64,000 nucleotides of DNA, taken from the NCBI GenBank assembly GCA_045646345.1, contig JAZRKN010000011.1:1-64000 (forward strand), given 5' to 3'. Both the position numbers and the translations under genes were made by a program. Below, piece by piece: positions 1 through 9,310 of this stretch. Under the pieces are notes generated by a model. The model saw nothing but the letters and a program-made list of their open reading frames with translations, had not been told where the DNA came from and did no database searches. The stretch's first letter is position 1; each line of letters opens with the position of its first letter. The stretch is from Candidatus Scatovivens sp. GTDB lineage: Bacteria > Bacillota > Clostridia > TANB77 > CAG-508.

Positions 1-373
1 CTGATGCACCAACTCCGTGAAGTCCTCCAGATACTTTATATCCACTATCTCCACCGAATTTTCCACCAGCATGTAATACAGTATAAACTGTTTCAGCTGC
101 AGATAAACCTGTTTTTTGATGTTTATCAACAGGAATACCTCTACCATCATCTTCTACAGAAATAATATTTCCTGGTTCTATTATTACATTAATATTTTTA
201 CAATAACCCGCTAAAGCTTCATCAACAGAGTTATCAACAATCTCGTACACAAGGTGATGTAATCCTCTTACTGATACACTTCCTATATACATACCAGGTC
301 TGTTTCTAACTGCTTCTAGTCCTTCTAATACTTGAATTTGATCAGCATTATACTCATGTTCAAATTTTTCCAT
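1..373 (-). CDS. gyrB: DNA gyrase subunit B, N-terminal part (runs off window start)
   Basis: Manual translation from ATG at 373: [32 protein letters not shown]...[18 protein letters not shown]...EDDGRGIP...LHAGGKFGG...[10 protein letters not shown] (GHKL ATPase motifs). Canonical position after recF. Not in the ORF track. Confidence 0.96.
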   Translation of the reverse strand, partial: MEKFEHEYNADQIQVLEGLEAVRNRPGMYIGSVSVRGLHHLVYEIVDNSVDEALAGYCKNINVIIEPGNIISVEDDGRGIPVDKHQKTGLSAAETVYTVLHAGGKFGGDSGYKVSGGLHGVGAS

Positions 374-388
374 TCTTTCCTCCCTATG

Positions 389-634
389 TTATATCATTCT
401 TTTAGCTATTGTATTTACACCAATATTGGTGATATAAGCTTTTTTAATATTATTTTCTTCTGTTAATATAAAAGACATTTCTTTTTTATCAGAAACGACA
501 ATAATATTGCCTGCTTCTTCTAAAGATTTATACATTGCCTTATATTCTTTTGTATTTTTCACATAATCTATATTAAATATTGCGATTATTGTTCTACTAT
601 TTATAATAAAGTCTTTTCCAATATGTAAATACAT
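389..634 (-). CDS. remB: RemB/DUF370 family protein (YaaB)
   Basis: MYLHIGKDFIINSRTIIAIFN N-terminus is typical of DUF370; lies between recF and gyrB. Confidence 0.85.
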   Translation of the reverse strand: MYLHIGKDFIINSRTIIAIFNIDYVKNTKEYKAMYKSLEEAGNIIVVSDKKEMSFILTEENNIKKAYITNIGVNTIAKRMI

Positions 635-648
635 TTTATATTCCTTTC

Positions 649-1719
649 TTAGACTTTCTTACAAATTCCATTTTCCACATAATAAATAGAATTTTCATTT
701 TCTAAATCTATTTTATCTGTACAAGTAATAATTACTTGATTACCTTTTATATTTTCTAAAAAGCTTTTCCTTCTTTTTTCATCTAATTCTGACATATAAT
801 CATCTAATAAAAGTATAGGTGAATCTCCTATTTCTTCTTTTACTATTTTTAGTTCACAAAGTTTTAATGTTAATATTGTTGTTCTTTGTTGTCCTTGTGA
901 ACCAAATATAGAAACTGGTCTACTATTTATATATATCATAAAATCATCTCTATGTACACCAGTAGCAGTAAAACCTCTTTTTATGTCAACCGCACGTGAT
1001 TTTTTCAAATTTTCTAAAAAGGAATTTTTATCTTTACTATTAGAAATATATTTTATTTTTATACTCTCTTTTCCACTTTTTGTTATCAAACTGTGGATAT
1101 CTTCTATAGAATTTGAAATTTTATCTATAAAATATTTTCTATATTCATATATCTTAAATGAATATTCCGATAGTTGCTCATCCCAAATATCCAACATAGC
1201 TGGATTTTTGTTTTCAAGCTTAATCTGTCTTAAATAATTATTTCTTTGTTCTAAAATCTTATTATATGAATTTAATAAATGCATATAATTTGGACGAAGT
1301 GAACTTATCATCATATCTAAAAAACGTCTTCTTTTTTGAGGACCATCTTTTATTATCTCTATATCATCTGGAGTAAATATTACAACATTAATCTTTCCAA
1401 TTATATCACTAATTTTATTTTGTTTTACTCCATTAATAAAAAATGTTTTCTTCTCCCCTATTTCAGCTTTAATAGAGCCTTCTCTATCAATCTTAGAATA
1501 GCAAACTTCTACTTTTGAATTATTACTATTAAAATTTATTAATTCTGAATCTTTTTTGGCTCTAAAAGACTTACCATAAGCGCACAAAAATATAGCCTCA
1601 ATTATATTTGTTTTTCCTTGAGCGTTATTTCCATATATAACATTTATATTTTCATTTAAAATAACTTCTTGTTTTTCATAATTTCTAAAATTTTCTAATA
1701 AAACACTTTTTACGTACAT
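649..1719 (-). CDS. recF: DNA replication/repair protein RecF
   Basis: NFRNY, Walker A GNNAQGKTN, GSQGQQR, LLLDD motifs. Probable start is ATG at 1719 (ORF track extends to 1731). Confidence 0.96.
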   Translation of the reverse strand: MYVKSVLLENFRNYEKQEVILNENINVIYGNNAQGKTNIIEAIFLCAYGKSFRAKKDSELINFNSNNSKVEVCYSKIDREGSIKAEIGEKKTFFINGVKQNKISDIIGKINVVIFTPDDIEIIKDGPQKRRRFLDMMISSLRPNYMHLLNSYNKILEQRNNYLRQIKLENKNPAMLDIWDEQLSEYSFKIYEYRKYFIDKISNSIEDIHSLITKSGKESIKIKYISNSKDKNSFLENLKKSRAVDIKRGFTATGVHRDDFMIYINSRPVSIFGSQGQQRTTILTLKLCELKIVKEEIGDSPILLLDDYMSELDEKRRKSFLENIKGNQVIITCTDKIDLENENSIYYVENGICKKV

Positions 1720-1720
1720 A

Positions 1721-1936
1721 TTATCTACCAAATAAAAAGTCCATTACTCCACCTAATATTACTTTTACTATAAAAAATAATACTAAGAATATTAATATGC
1801 TTCCTATTATAAGTCCTATGTTTATTTTTGTTCCTGTTTGCTCATATATCTTATTAGAAATACCATCAAACTTTTTTGTTATTCCAAAAAAGATATCTGT
1901 AGCTTTTTCATATATTTTTTTTAATTTTTCTTCCAT
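1721..1936 (-). CDS. Small hypothetical membrane protein (71 aa) in the dnaN-recF slot
   Basis: ORF with AAGGAG upstream, amphipathic N-terminus and one long hydrophobic helix (INIGLIIGSILIFLVLFFIVKVILGGV). Stop abuts the recF start. Confidence 0.7.
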   Translation of the reverse strand: MEEKLKKIYEKATDIFFGITKKFDGISNKIYEQTGTKINIGLIIGSILIFLVLFFIVKVILGGVMDFLFGR

Positions 1937-1999
1937 CTTAATAATATATTAGTAGAAACTAATATACTCCTTTCTTCTTTTGGTTAATATTTATACAGT

Positions 2000-2033
2000 G
2001 TTATCCACTTTTTGTTCTCGAAATGTGGATAAC
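2000..2033. promoter_or_regulatory. Inverted pair of DnaA boxes at the 3' end of dnaN
   Basis: TTATCCACT 2001-2009 (1 mismatch) and TGTGGATAA 2024-2032 (perfect). Confidence 0.6.
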
Positions 2034-3148
2034 TATTCTTTCATTTTTATTGGTAATATCATATAAATATAATCACCATCATCAATTGGTTTTATTATAC
2101 ATGGAGATCTGTTTGTTCCAAATTCAATATATACTTCTTCATCATCAATTGCTTTTAAAGCATCTAAGAAGAATCTTGGGTTGAAACCAATTTCAAGTTC
2201 TTTACCTTCTGTATCAACAAAAATCTCTTCTTTTGCATCTCCTGTTTGGTTAGCGCAAGAAATTGTTACCTTTCCAACCTCAATATTTATTTTAACTGGA
2301 TATTTTTTCTCTTTTTCTATTGATGAAGCTGATATTAATAAAATTCTTTCAAAACAATTTTGAATATTAGATTTATTAACTTTTACTCTTGTTTCCCAAT
2401 TTTGTGGAATTGTATTTGAATATTTTAAGAATTCTCCATCTAATAATCTTGTTACTATTTTACAATTTTCCATCTCAAATAAAGCTTGGTTTCTTGAAAT
2501 ACCTATTTTTACTGTATCAAATGAATCAGATATAATTTTATTTACTTCATTTAATGTTTTACCTGGTATTACACTACTAAAACTATTTGCAACTTCATTT
2601 AATATATTTGATTTTATTGCTAATCTGTATCCATCAACAGCAACAACATTTAATTTATTATCTATTACTTCAAATAAACAACCTGTAAATATAGGTCTAT
2701 TTTCTTCTGTACTTACAGCAAATATTGTTTTTCTAATCATGTTTTTTAATGTTGTTTGTTCTATTTCTATAGAATTATCTACATTTATTCTAGGTAATTC
2801 AGGAAATTCATCAGGATTCATTGTAGCTAATTTATAAAGTGATCCTTCACATTCTATTTCTAATAGATTATTTTCATTTATAGTTAATTTTATTTCTGTA
2901 GAAGGTAATCTTTTAATAATCTCACTAAACATAGTAGCATTTACTACTGTATTTCCTTGTTCTTCTACATTTGCTTCTAATATATATTCTATTCCTATTT
3001 CTAAATCATAAGATGTTAATTTTAATTCATTATCATTTGTTTGAATAAGTATTCCTTCTAATATAGGCATTGTTGTTTTAGAGGCTACACCATTTATAAC
3101 AGAACTAATACCTTTAAGAATTTTTTCTTTTTCACAAATAACTCTCAT
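2033..3148 (-). CDS. dnaN: DNA polymerase III beta sliding clamp
   Basis: PILEGILI, VAVDGYRLA, TRLLDGEF, IGFNPRFFLDAL, ILPIK motifs; directly downstream of dnaA. Confidence 0.97.
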   Translation of the reverse strand: MRVICEKEKILKGISSVINGVASKTTMPILEGILIQTNDNELKLTSYDLEIGIEYILEANVEEQGNTVVNATMFSEIIKRLPSTEIKLTINENNLLEIECEGSLYKLATMNPDEFPELPRINVDNSIEIEQTTLKNMIRKTIFAVSTEENRPIFTGCLFEVIDNKLNVVAVDGYRLAIKSNILNEVANSFSSVIPGKTLNEVNKIISDSFDTVKIGISRNQALFEMENCKIVTRLLDGEFLKYSNTIPQNWETRVKVNKSNIQNCFERILLISASSIEKEKKYPVKINIEVGKVTISCANQTGDAKEEIFVDTEGKELEIGFNPRFFLDALKAIDDEEVYIEFGTNRSPCIIKPIDDGDYIYMILPIKMKE

Positions 3149-3467
3149 TTCTTTTCTCCTTTAATTAAATAATATAAATAGTAGTATTAGTATTAGGGGG
3201 TGTGAATTTAGTGGATAACTTTTCAAACCCTTTATTTCCCTAACAAAAACTATGTGTAAAACTCTGTGAATAATTTTTGTTTTTATCCACATTATTCAAT
3301 ATCATTTGTGAATTCTTAGTTATTAACATGTTTTGTACAAGTTTTTCACAGTACCTTGTGGAAAACCTAGCTAGCTTTTCCGTAGGAGTTAATAGCTCTT
3401 CTTTAGTAGAAAAATATGTTTGCAAAACATAAATTTTGTTTTATTCGAGTTTTTGTTTATATATAAA
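3149..3467. other. oriC (dnaA-dnaN intergenic region) with DnaA boxes and DnaA-trio unwinding element
   Basis: TTWTNCACA boxes at 3253-3261, 3265-3273, 3283-3291, 3342-3350, 3357-3365 and a near-box at 3210-3218. The minus strand reads TTATCCACT-AAATTCACA-CCCCC-TAATACTAATACTACTAT then an AT-rich run, matching the box/GC-tract/DnaA-trio layout of the B. subtilis basal unwinding system. Confidence 0.9.
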
Positions 3468-4814
3468 TTAATTTGAATCTTGGATAATGTTTTTCACACT
3501 TTCCACAATTAATTTTGTATTTGTTTTTTCTTTGATTTCTTTTTCTATTTTATTTACGGCATGCATTACTGTAGTGTGGTCTCTGTTTCCAAAATCAGCC
3601 CCTATTTTTGGGAATGACATTCCAGCAACATTTCTACATAAGAACATTGCAATTTGACGAGGAAAAGCAATATCATTTGATTTTTTTGAAGATATAATAT
3701 CTTTTTTATCAATATTGAAGTATTTTGCAACAACCTCTTGTATGTAATCAGAAGAAATAACCTTCTCTTTTTGTAATACAATATCGTTTATAGATTTTTC
3801 TGCGATTTCAATTGTTATTGGGCTGTGTGTTAAAGATGCATAAGCAACTATTTTATTTAGGGCCCCTTCAAGTTCACGAATATTTGAATCTATTTTTGTA
3901 GCGATAACTGATAATATATAGTCATCGATTATTATTTTATCTGCTTGTACTTTTTTTCTAAGAATTGCTAGACGAGTTTCATAATCAGGCATTGAAATAT
4001 CAGCAAGTATTCCCCATTCGAATCTTGATTTTAATCTTTCTTCTAAAAGAGGAATATCTCTTGGCGGTTTATCACTAGAGATTATTATTTGTTTTCCATT
4101 TTGATGAAGAGTATTAAATGTGTGGAAAAATTCTTCTTGTCCTGTCTTCTTCCCTGCTATAAATTGAATGTCGTCTATTAATAAAACATCTATATTTCTA
4201 TATTTATTTCTAAATAATTCATTTTTATAATTAGCATCTTTAATAGAATTTACTAATTCATTAATAAATTGTTCAGAAGTAACATATAAAATTTTCGTAT
4301 TAGGATTATTTTTAATAATCTTATTTCCAATAGCATGCATTAAGTGTGTTTTTCCAAGCCCTACTCCTCCATATATAAATAATGGATTATAAGCTGTAGC
4401 TGGCGATTCAGAAACGGCAAAAGCTGCTGCTTGGGCAAATTTATTATTATTTCCTATTACGAAATTATCAAATGTATATTTTGGATTTAAGAAACTATTA
4501 CTATAGTTTTCTGTATTTACAAAGTCTGTTTTTTCTTCGATTAAAACTGTACTTTGGTTATCTTCAGTTTTTTCTATGATTTCTATTTCACAATTTTTAT
4601 TTGTTATAAAATTGAATGTATTAGAAACTAAATCAAATAAACGTGATTCAATTGCGTCTTTTTGCATTTTTGAAAGAGCAACAAGAACGATTTTGTTATC
4701 ATTTATAGATTGTATTTCTAAATTTTTAATCCAAGTTGTATACGAAATAGTTGTCATCTCTTCTTTTAAAAGATCTTTTGCTTTTGTAAGTAAGTCGTTT
4801 TTATCAGAATACAT
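3468..4814 (-). CDS. dnaA: Chromosomal replication initiator DnaA
   Basis: YNPLFIYGGVGLGKTHLM, LLIDDIQF, RELEGAL, RDHTTVMHA. Confidence 0.99.
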   Translation of the reverse strand: MYSDKNDLLTKAKDLLKEEMTTISYTTWIKNLEIQSINDNKIVLVALSKMQKDAIESRLFDLVSNTFNFITNKNCEIEIIEKTEDNQSTVLIEEKTDFVNTENYSNSFLNPKYTFDNFVIGNNNKFAQAAAFAVSESPATAYNPLFIYGGVGLGKTHLMHAIGNKIIKNNPNTKILYVTSEQFINELVNSIKDANYKNELFRNKYRNIDVLLIDDIQFIAGKKTGQEEFFHTFNTLHQNGKQIIISSDKPPRDIPLLEERLKSRFEWGILADISMPDYETRLAILRKKVQADKIIIDDYILSVIATKIDSNIRELEGALNKIVAYASLTHSPITIEIAEKSINDIVLQKEKVISSDYIQEVVAKYFNIDKKDIISSKKSNDIAFPRQIAMFLCRNVAGMSFPKIGADFGNRDHTTVMHAVNKIEKEIKEKTNTKLIVESVKNIIQDSN

Positions 4815-4847
4815 TCTCTTAAAAAACCCGTCCTTTCTATAGTATAT

Positions 4848-5179
4848 TTATCCACAAGTTTGTCCACATACTGTTTTAAAAGTCTTGATTCCTCAATGGT
4901 TTTGGGAATCAACAATATGTGGAAAACTCAAAAAAGTTCTTTTTATCCATTGTGCTCACATAATATCAAAAATAATTTAAAAAAACAAGCGAAAAATTAA
5001 ATTAGTTAGATTAAATTTAAAATAAATAGTATAAAAGAGAATAAATGAGATTGAGTATTTTTTAAAAATATTTCTTACCTATTATATTTATAGAAAAAAT
5101 TAATAAAAAATTATTAAATTTTGCTAATTACTTGACTTTTTTTGAGTTTTTATAGTATAATCTCTATTACTGTGAATAA
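4848..5179. promoter_or_regulatory. dnaA/rpmH divergent promoter region with DnaA boxes
   Basis: TTATCCACA 4848-4856, TTGTCCACA 4860-4868, TGTGGAAAA 4918-4926, TGTGAATAA 5171-5179. SigA-like TTGACT(5132)-18bp-TATAAT(5156) faces rpmH. Confidence 0.75.
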
Positions 5180-5242
5180 ATATGTTATTTATTACAAATA
5201 AGTTTGTTTAAAATAAAAATTATATAAATTAGGAGGTGCAAA

Positions 5243-5377
5243 ATGAAAAGAACATACCAACCAAAAAAAAGACAAAGAAATAAAGTTCATGGATTCAGAA
5301 AAAGAATGCAAACAAGAGCTGGAAGACAAGTTTTAAAAGCAAGAAGAAATAAAGGAAGAAAAAGAATTTCAGTTTAG
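5243..5377 (+). CDS. rpmH: 50S ribosomal protein L34
   Basis: Manual translation [44 protein letters not shown]; AGGAGG RBS; below the ORF-track size cutoff. Confidence 0.98.
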   Translation: MKRTYQPKKRQRNKVHGFRKRMQTRAGRQVLKARRNKGRKRISV

Positions 5378-5385
5378 AATAAAGA

Positions 5386-5409
5386 AGGGGCAATTAGCGC
5401 CCTTTTTTT
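5386..5409 (+). terminator. Intrinsic terminator-like hairpin after rpmH
   Basis: AAGGGGC-AATTAGC-GCCCTTT followed by a T run. Confidence 0.6.
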
Positions 5410-5513
5410 ATATGAGTGTTATTTAATTACTAAAGTTCTCAATACTAATCAAGCACAGTAAAACCAAGGGTTTTAAAGATTTATAAAATAAATAATTTAT
5501 TTATTTAGAAAGG

Positions 5514-5870
5514 ATGATAGTAATTATGAAAAATACAATAATGATTAAAAAAAATTATGAGTTCAAAACTTTATTTTCTAAAGGTAAATTTTATTACGGC
5601 GAGTACATTCATATGTATATAAGAAAATCAAATTCTGAAAATAATAAATTTGGAATTGCAATATCTAAAAAACAGGGGAAAGCAGTAAAAAGAAATAGAA
5701 TAAAAAGACTAATTAGAGAAAATTATAAAAATTTCGAAGAAAAAATAGAGAATGGAACACAAATTTTAATTGTTATAAATAAAGAAAAAAATATTGCGGA
5801 GATTGGCTTTAAGGATATTGAAGAAAATTTCCAAAGAACATTGAAAAAAGCGAATATTTTGGTGAATTAA
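5514..5870 (+). CDS. rnpA: Ribonuclease P protein component
   Basis: [27 protein letters not shown] motif; start may be ATG 5526. Confidence 0.96.
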   Translation: MIVIMKNTIMIKKNYEFKTLFSKGKFYYGEYIHMYIRKSNSENNKFGIAISKKQGKAVKRNRIKRLIRENYKNFEEKIENGTQILIVINKEKNIAEIGFKDIEENFQRTLKKANILVN

Positions 5871-5872
5871 TT

Positions 5873-6082
5873 ATGAAAAAAATACTTATATTATTGATAA
5901 ATTTTTATCAAAAAGGAATATCACCATGGCTAGGGCCAAGGTGTAAATATGAACCAACGTGTTCCGAATATACAAAACAAGCTATAGAGAAATATGGGGC
6001 AATAAAAGGCACTATAATTGGAGCTAAAAGAATTTTGAGATGTAATCCATTTTCTAAAGGTGGATATGATCCGTTAAAATAG
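5873..6082 (+). CDS. yidD: Membrane protein insertion efficiency factor YidD
   Basis: [32 protein letters not shown]. Confidence 0.96.
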   Translation: MKKILILLINFYQKGISPWLGPRCKYEPTCSEYTKQAIEKYGAIKGTIIGAKRILRCNPFSKGGYDPLK

Positions 6083-6092
6083 GGGGAGAAAA

Positions 6093-6944
6093 ATGTTTAA
6101 ATTTTTTGCAAACATACTAGGCTACGTGCTTAATTTTATTTATGGTTTTGTAGGAAATTATGGTATAGCCATAATTATTTTTACATTGCTAGTAAAAGGT
6201 ATAATGCTACCAATTTCTATCAAACAACAAAAAACAATGAAAAAGTCTGCAAAAATACAAGTTAAAGCTAAAGAAATTCAAGAGAAATATGCTAATGATC
6301 AAGTAAGACAATCACAAGAATTAATGGATTTATATAAAAAAGAAAATATGAGTCCGTTTAGCGGATGTTTAACATCAATAATTCAAATTGTTCTTATACT
6401 AGCTGTATTTTATCTTGTAAGCAGCCCATTAACTTATATGAAAAAAATAGATTATAAAATAATTGAAACATATACAGCAGAATTAAAAGAAGAAAAAAAT
6501 GTTGAAAACATAAATTATCCAGAAATAGCTATAATAAAAGAAAAAGCAGCAAAAGATGAAAATGTAAATATAAATATGGAATTTTTAGGATTAGATTTAA
6601 GTGACATTCCAACTCAAGATTATACAGATTGGACTGTTTATATAATTCCAGTTCTATATGTTGTAACATCACTAATTTCAACTAGATTAACAACTTCACT
6701 TAATACTAAACCAAAAGAAGAAAATGTTGTTGAAAAAACTTTAGAGAAAAAAGAAGAAGATAATTCTCAAGAAGACATGATGGAAGAAATGAATAAACAA
6801 ATGAATTTTATGATGCCTATAATGACAGTGAGTATTGCTTTAATAGCACCTCTTGGATTAGCATTATATTGGTTAGTAAGTAATGTTTTAATGATAGGTG
6901 AAAGATTAGTTTTAAATAAAGTTTTCAAAGAGGAGGAAGAATAA
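6093..6944 (+). CDS. yidC: YidC/Oxa1 membrane protein insertase
   Basis: NYGIAIIIFTLLVK, SPFSGCL, GLALYWLVSN; synteny. Confidence 0.95.
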   Translation: MFKFFANILGYVLNFIYGFVGNYGIAIIIFTLLVKGIMLPISIKQQKTMKKSAKIQVKAKEIQEKYANDQVRQSQELMDLYKKENMSPFSGCLTSIIQIVLILAVFYLVSSPLTYMKKIDYKIIETYTAELKEEKNVENINYPEIAIIKEKAAKDENVNINMEFLGLDLSDIPTQDYTDWTVYIIPVLYVVTSLISTRLTTSLNTKPKEENVVEKTLEKKEEDNSQEDMMEEMNKQMNFMMPIMTVSIALIAPLGLALYWLVSNVLMIGERLVLNKVFKEEEE

Positions 6945-6946
6945 AG

Positions 6947-7651
6947 ATGGAAAACAATGTGTATGTTTTTGAAGGAAAAACATCAACAGAAGCTATAGAA
7001 AAAGGCTTAAATGAGCTAAAAGTTTCAAAAAGCAGAGTTGATATAAAAATATTAGAATCAGAAGATAAAAGAAGTTTCTTTAGCATTTTAACACCAAGAG
7101 TTGTAAAAGTTGAAATGAGATTAAAAGAAGCAGTTGAAGAACCAAAAAAAGAAGTAAAAGCAGAAAATAAAAAAGTTGTTAGATCAGAAAATGTAGACAA
7201 TACAGAAGCAATTGCAAGTGCAAAAAAATTCTTAGATGAATTTATAGAAAAACTTCCAAGTGAAGGATTAAGCTATGAAATAACAGAAGAAGGAAATGTT
7301 ATTAAAGTAGATATTAAAGGAAATGAAACAGGATATTTAATTGGTTATAGAGGAGAAGTTTTAAATAGTATTCAAACTGTTTTATCAAACATCGCTTCTA
7401 AATCAAATAAAGAAAAGGCAAGAGTGGTTGTAAATATTGGTGGATTTAGAGAAAAAAGAGAAAAAGATTTACAAAATTTAGCCTCAAAAATTGCTGGTAC
7501 AGTAATAAAAACAAAGAAATCTATTACATTAGAACCAATGTCAGCTTATGAAAGAAAAATAATTCATACAAAATTACAAGAAAACGACAAAGTTAAAACT
7601 TATAGTATAGGTGAAGAACCATACAGAAAAGTAGTTGTTTCATTAAAATAA
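6947..7651 (+). CDS. jag: Jag/KhpB (EloR) RNA-binding protein
   Basis: Jag_N, KH (LIGYRGEVLNSIQ) and R3H (MSAYERKIIH) domains. Confidence 0.94.
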   Translation: MENNVYVFEGKTSTEAIEKGLNELKVSKSRVDIKILESEDKRSFFSILTPRVVKVEMRLKEAVEEPKKEVKAENKKVVRSENVDNTEAIASAKKFLDEFIEKLPSEGLSYEITEEGNVIKVDIKGNETGYLIGYRGEVLNSIQTVLSNIASKSNKEKARVVVNIGGFREKREKDLQNLASKIAGTVIKTKKSITLEPMSAYERKIIHTKLQENDKVKTYSIGEEPYRKVVVSLK

Positions 7652-7671
7652 TAATTGTTTTTGTAAAATAT

Positions 7672-7708
7672 AAACTCAGATATTAAGAAATTAGTATCTG
7701 AGTTTTTT
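7672..7708 (+). terminator. Intrinsic terminator after jag
   Basis: AAACTCAGATATTAA-GAAA-TTAGTATCTGAGTTTTTT. Confidence 0.75.
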
Positions 7709-7878
7709 ATTTTGTGAAAATAATATGTTACAACCTATTGTATAGCTCAAACACATTGATTTAAAAGCAAAAGATTTGTTTTGTTATTGCATAATTATGT
7801 ATACTATGATATAATATAACCTGATTTTTAATAAATATAATTTTTAGAAATTAATATAAAAGAAAATGAGGAAGGTAA

Positions 7879-9243
7879 ATGAGTACAATAGCTGCAATTT
7901 CTACAGCACCGGGTATTGGTGGTATAGGAATAATAAGAATGAGTGGTGAAAATTGTTTTGATGTTTTAGAAAAAATATTTAAACAAAAAAACAGCCAAAA
8001 AATTGAAGATATTAAAGGGTATTCAATTAAATATGGAACTATTGTTGATGGAGATGAACTAATAGATGAAGTTTTAGTTTCTTATTTTAAAGCGCCAAAG
8101 AGTTATACTGCAGAAAACATGTGTGAAATAAATTCACATGGTGGTGTGGTTATAATGAATAAAATTTTAGATCTTTGTGTAAGAAATGGTGCAGAACTTG
8201 CAGAGCCTGGTGAATTTACGAAGAGAGCGTTTTTAAATGGAAGAATGGACCTTTCTCAGGCTGAGGCTGTTATAGATGTTATAAATGCTAAAACAGATAA
8301 AGAAGCCAAAATATCATTGGAACAATTAGAAGGAAATCTATCAGAAAAAATAAAAAGTATAAGAAAAACAATAATTTCTGTCATGGCAGATATAGAAGCT
8401 ACGATAGATTATCCAGAATATGATTTAGAAGAAGTCACAAATGCCAAAATTTCGAAAATTTTGGATGAGGTAGATATAATACTTGACTCGTTAGAAAAAA
8501 GTTTCTATAATGGCAAAATTTTAAGAGAGGGAATAAGTACTGCTATAATAGGTAGACCAAATGCAGGAAAATCTTCACTTTTAAATCTTATTCTAAATGA
8601 AGAAAGAGCGATAGTTACTGATATAGAAGGAACAACAAGAGATACAATTGAAGAATATATATCTATAGATGGAGTTCCTTTAAAAATTATAGATACCGCT
8701 GGAATTAGAAATGCAAGCGACGAAGTTGAAAGAATAGGTGTACAAAAAGCAATTGAAATAGCAAAGAAAAGCGATGTAGTAATAGCTATTTTTGATGTCA
8801 GTAGACCGCTTAATAAAGAAGATAATGATATTTTAGAATTATTAAAAGATAAAAATTCAATAATATTATTAAATAAAATTGATTTGGATAGAAAAGTAAG
8901 TTTAGAAGATATAAAATCTGTAAATAAACCTATTGTAGAAATATCAACTAAAACAAGAGAAGGATTAGAAGAATTATATTCAGAAATTTCTAAACTATTT
9001 AAATTAAAAGATATTGCAAATGATGGAGAAACAATTGTAAGCAATGTTCGTCACAAGAATATAATAATAAATTCAAGAAAGAATTTAGGAAAGGCAAGAG
9101 AAACAATTAGAACAAATATGCCTATAGATATCATATCAGGACATTTAAAAGAAATCTTGGAAGAGTTAGGAAAGATAACAGGGGAGACTGTTACAGAAGA
9201 TGTTATTGCTGAAATTTTCTCTAAATTCTGTTTAGGAAAATAG
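7879..9243 (+). CDS. mnmE: tRNA modification GTPase MnmE
   Basis: TIAAISTAPG, GRPNAGKSS, GTTRD, DTAG, NKID, C-terminal FCLGK. Confidence 0.98.
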   Translation: MSTIAAISTAPGIGGIGIIRMSGENCFDVLEKIFKQKNSQKIEDIKGYSIKYGTIVDGDELIDEVLVSYFKAPKSYTAENMCEINSHGGVVIMNKILDLCVRNGAELAEPGEFTKRAFLNGRMDLSQAEAVIDVINAKTDKEAKISLEQLEGNLSEKIKSIRKTIISVMADIEATIDYPEYDLEEVTNAKISKILDEVDIILDSLEKSFYNGKILREGISTAIIGRPNAGKSSLLNLILNEERAIVTDIEGTTRDTIEEYISIDGVPLKIIDTAGIRNASDEVERIGVQKAIEIAKKSDVVIAIFDVSRPLNKEDNDILELLKDKNSIILLNKIDLDRKVSLEDIKSVNKPIVEISTKTREGLEELYSEISKLFKLKDIANDGETIVSNVRHKNIIINSRKNLGKARETIRTNMPIDIISGHLKEILEELGKITGETVTEDVIAEIFSKFCLGK

Positions 9244-9310
9244 AAACAAAAGTTCTTGTTTCACGATTGACAAATTGTAAAAAAGATTATAAGTAAAAGA
9301 GGAATATAAA

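Noticed and set aside
3240-3425. 61-aa ORF between dnaA and dnaN
   Set aside because: Lies across the oriC DnaA boxes; chance ORF.
9257-9272. TGTTTCACGATTGACA as parS (similar TGTTCCACGATTAGCA at 22561)
   Set aside because: Only one half-site matches (12/16) and the dyad is broken. The right half is better explained as a TTGACA -35 element, and the 22561 copy is inside a CDS.
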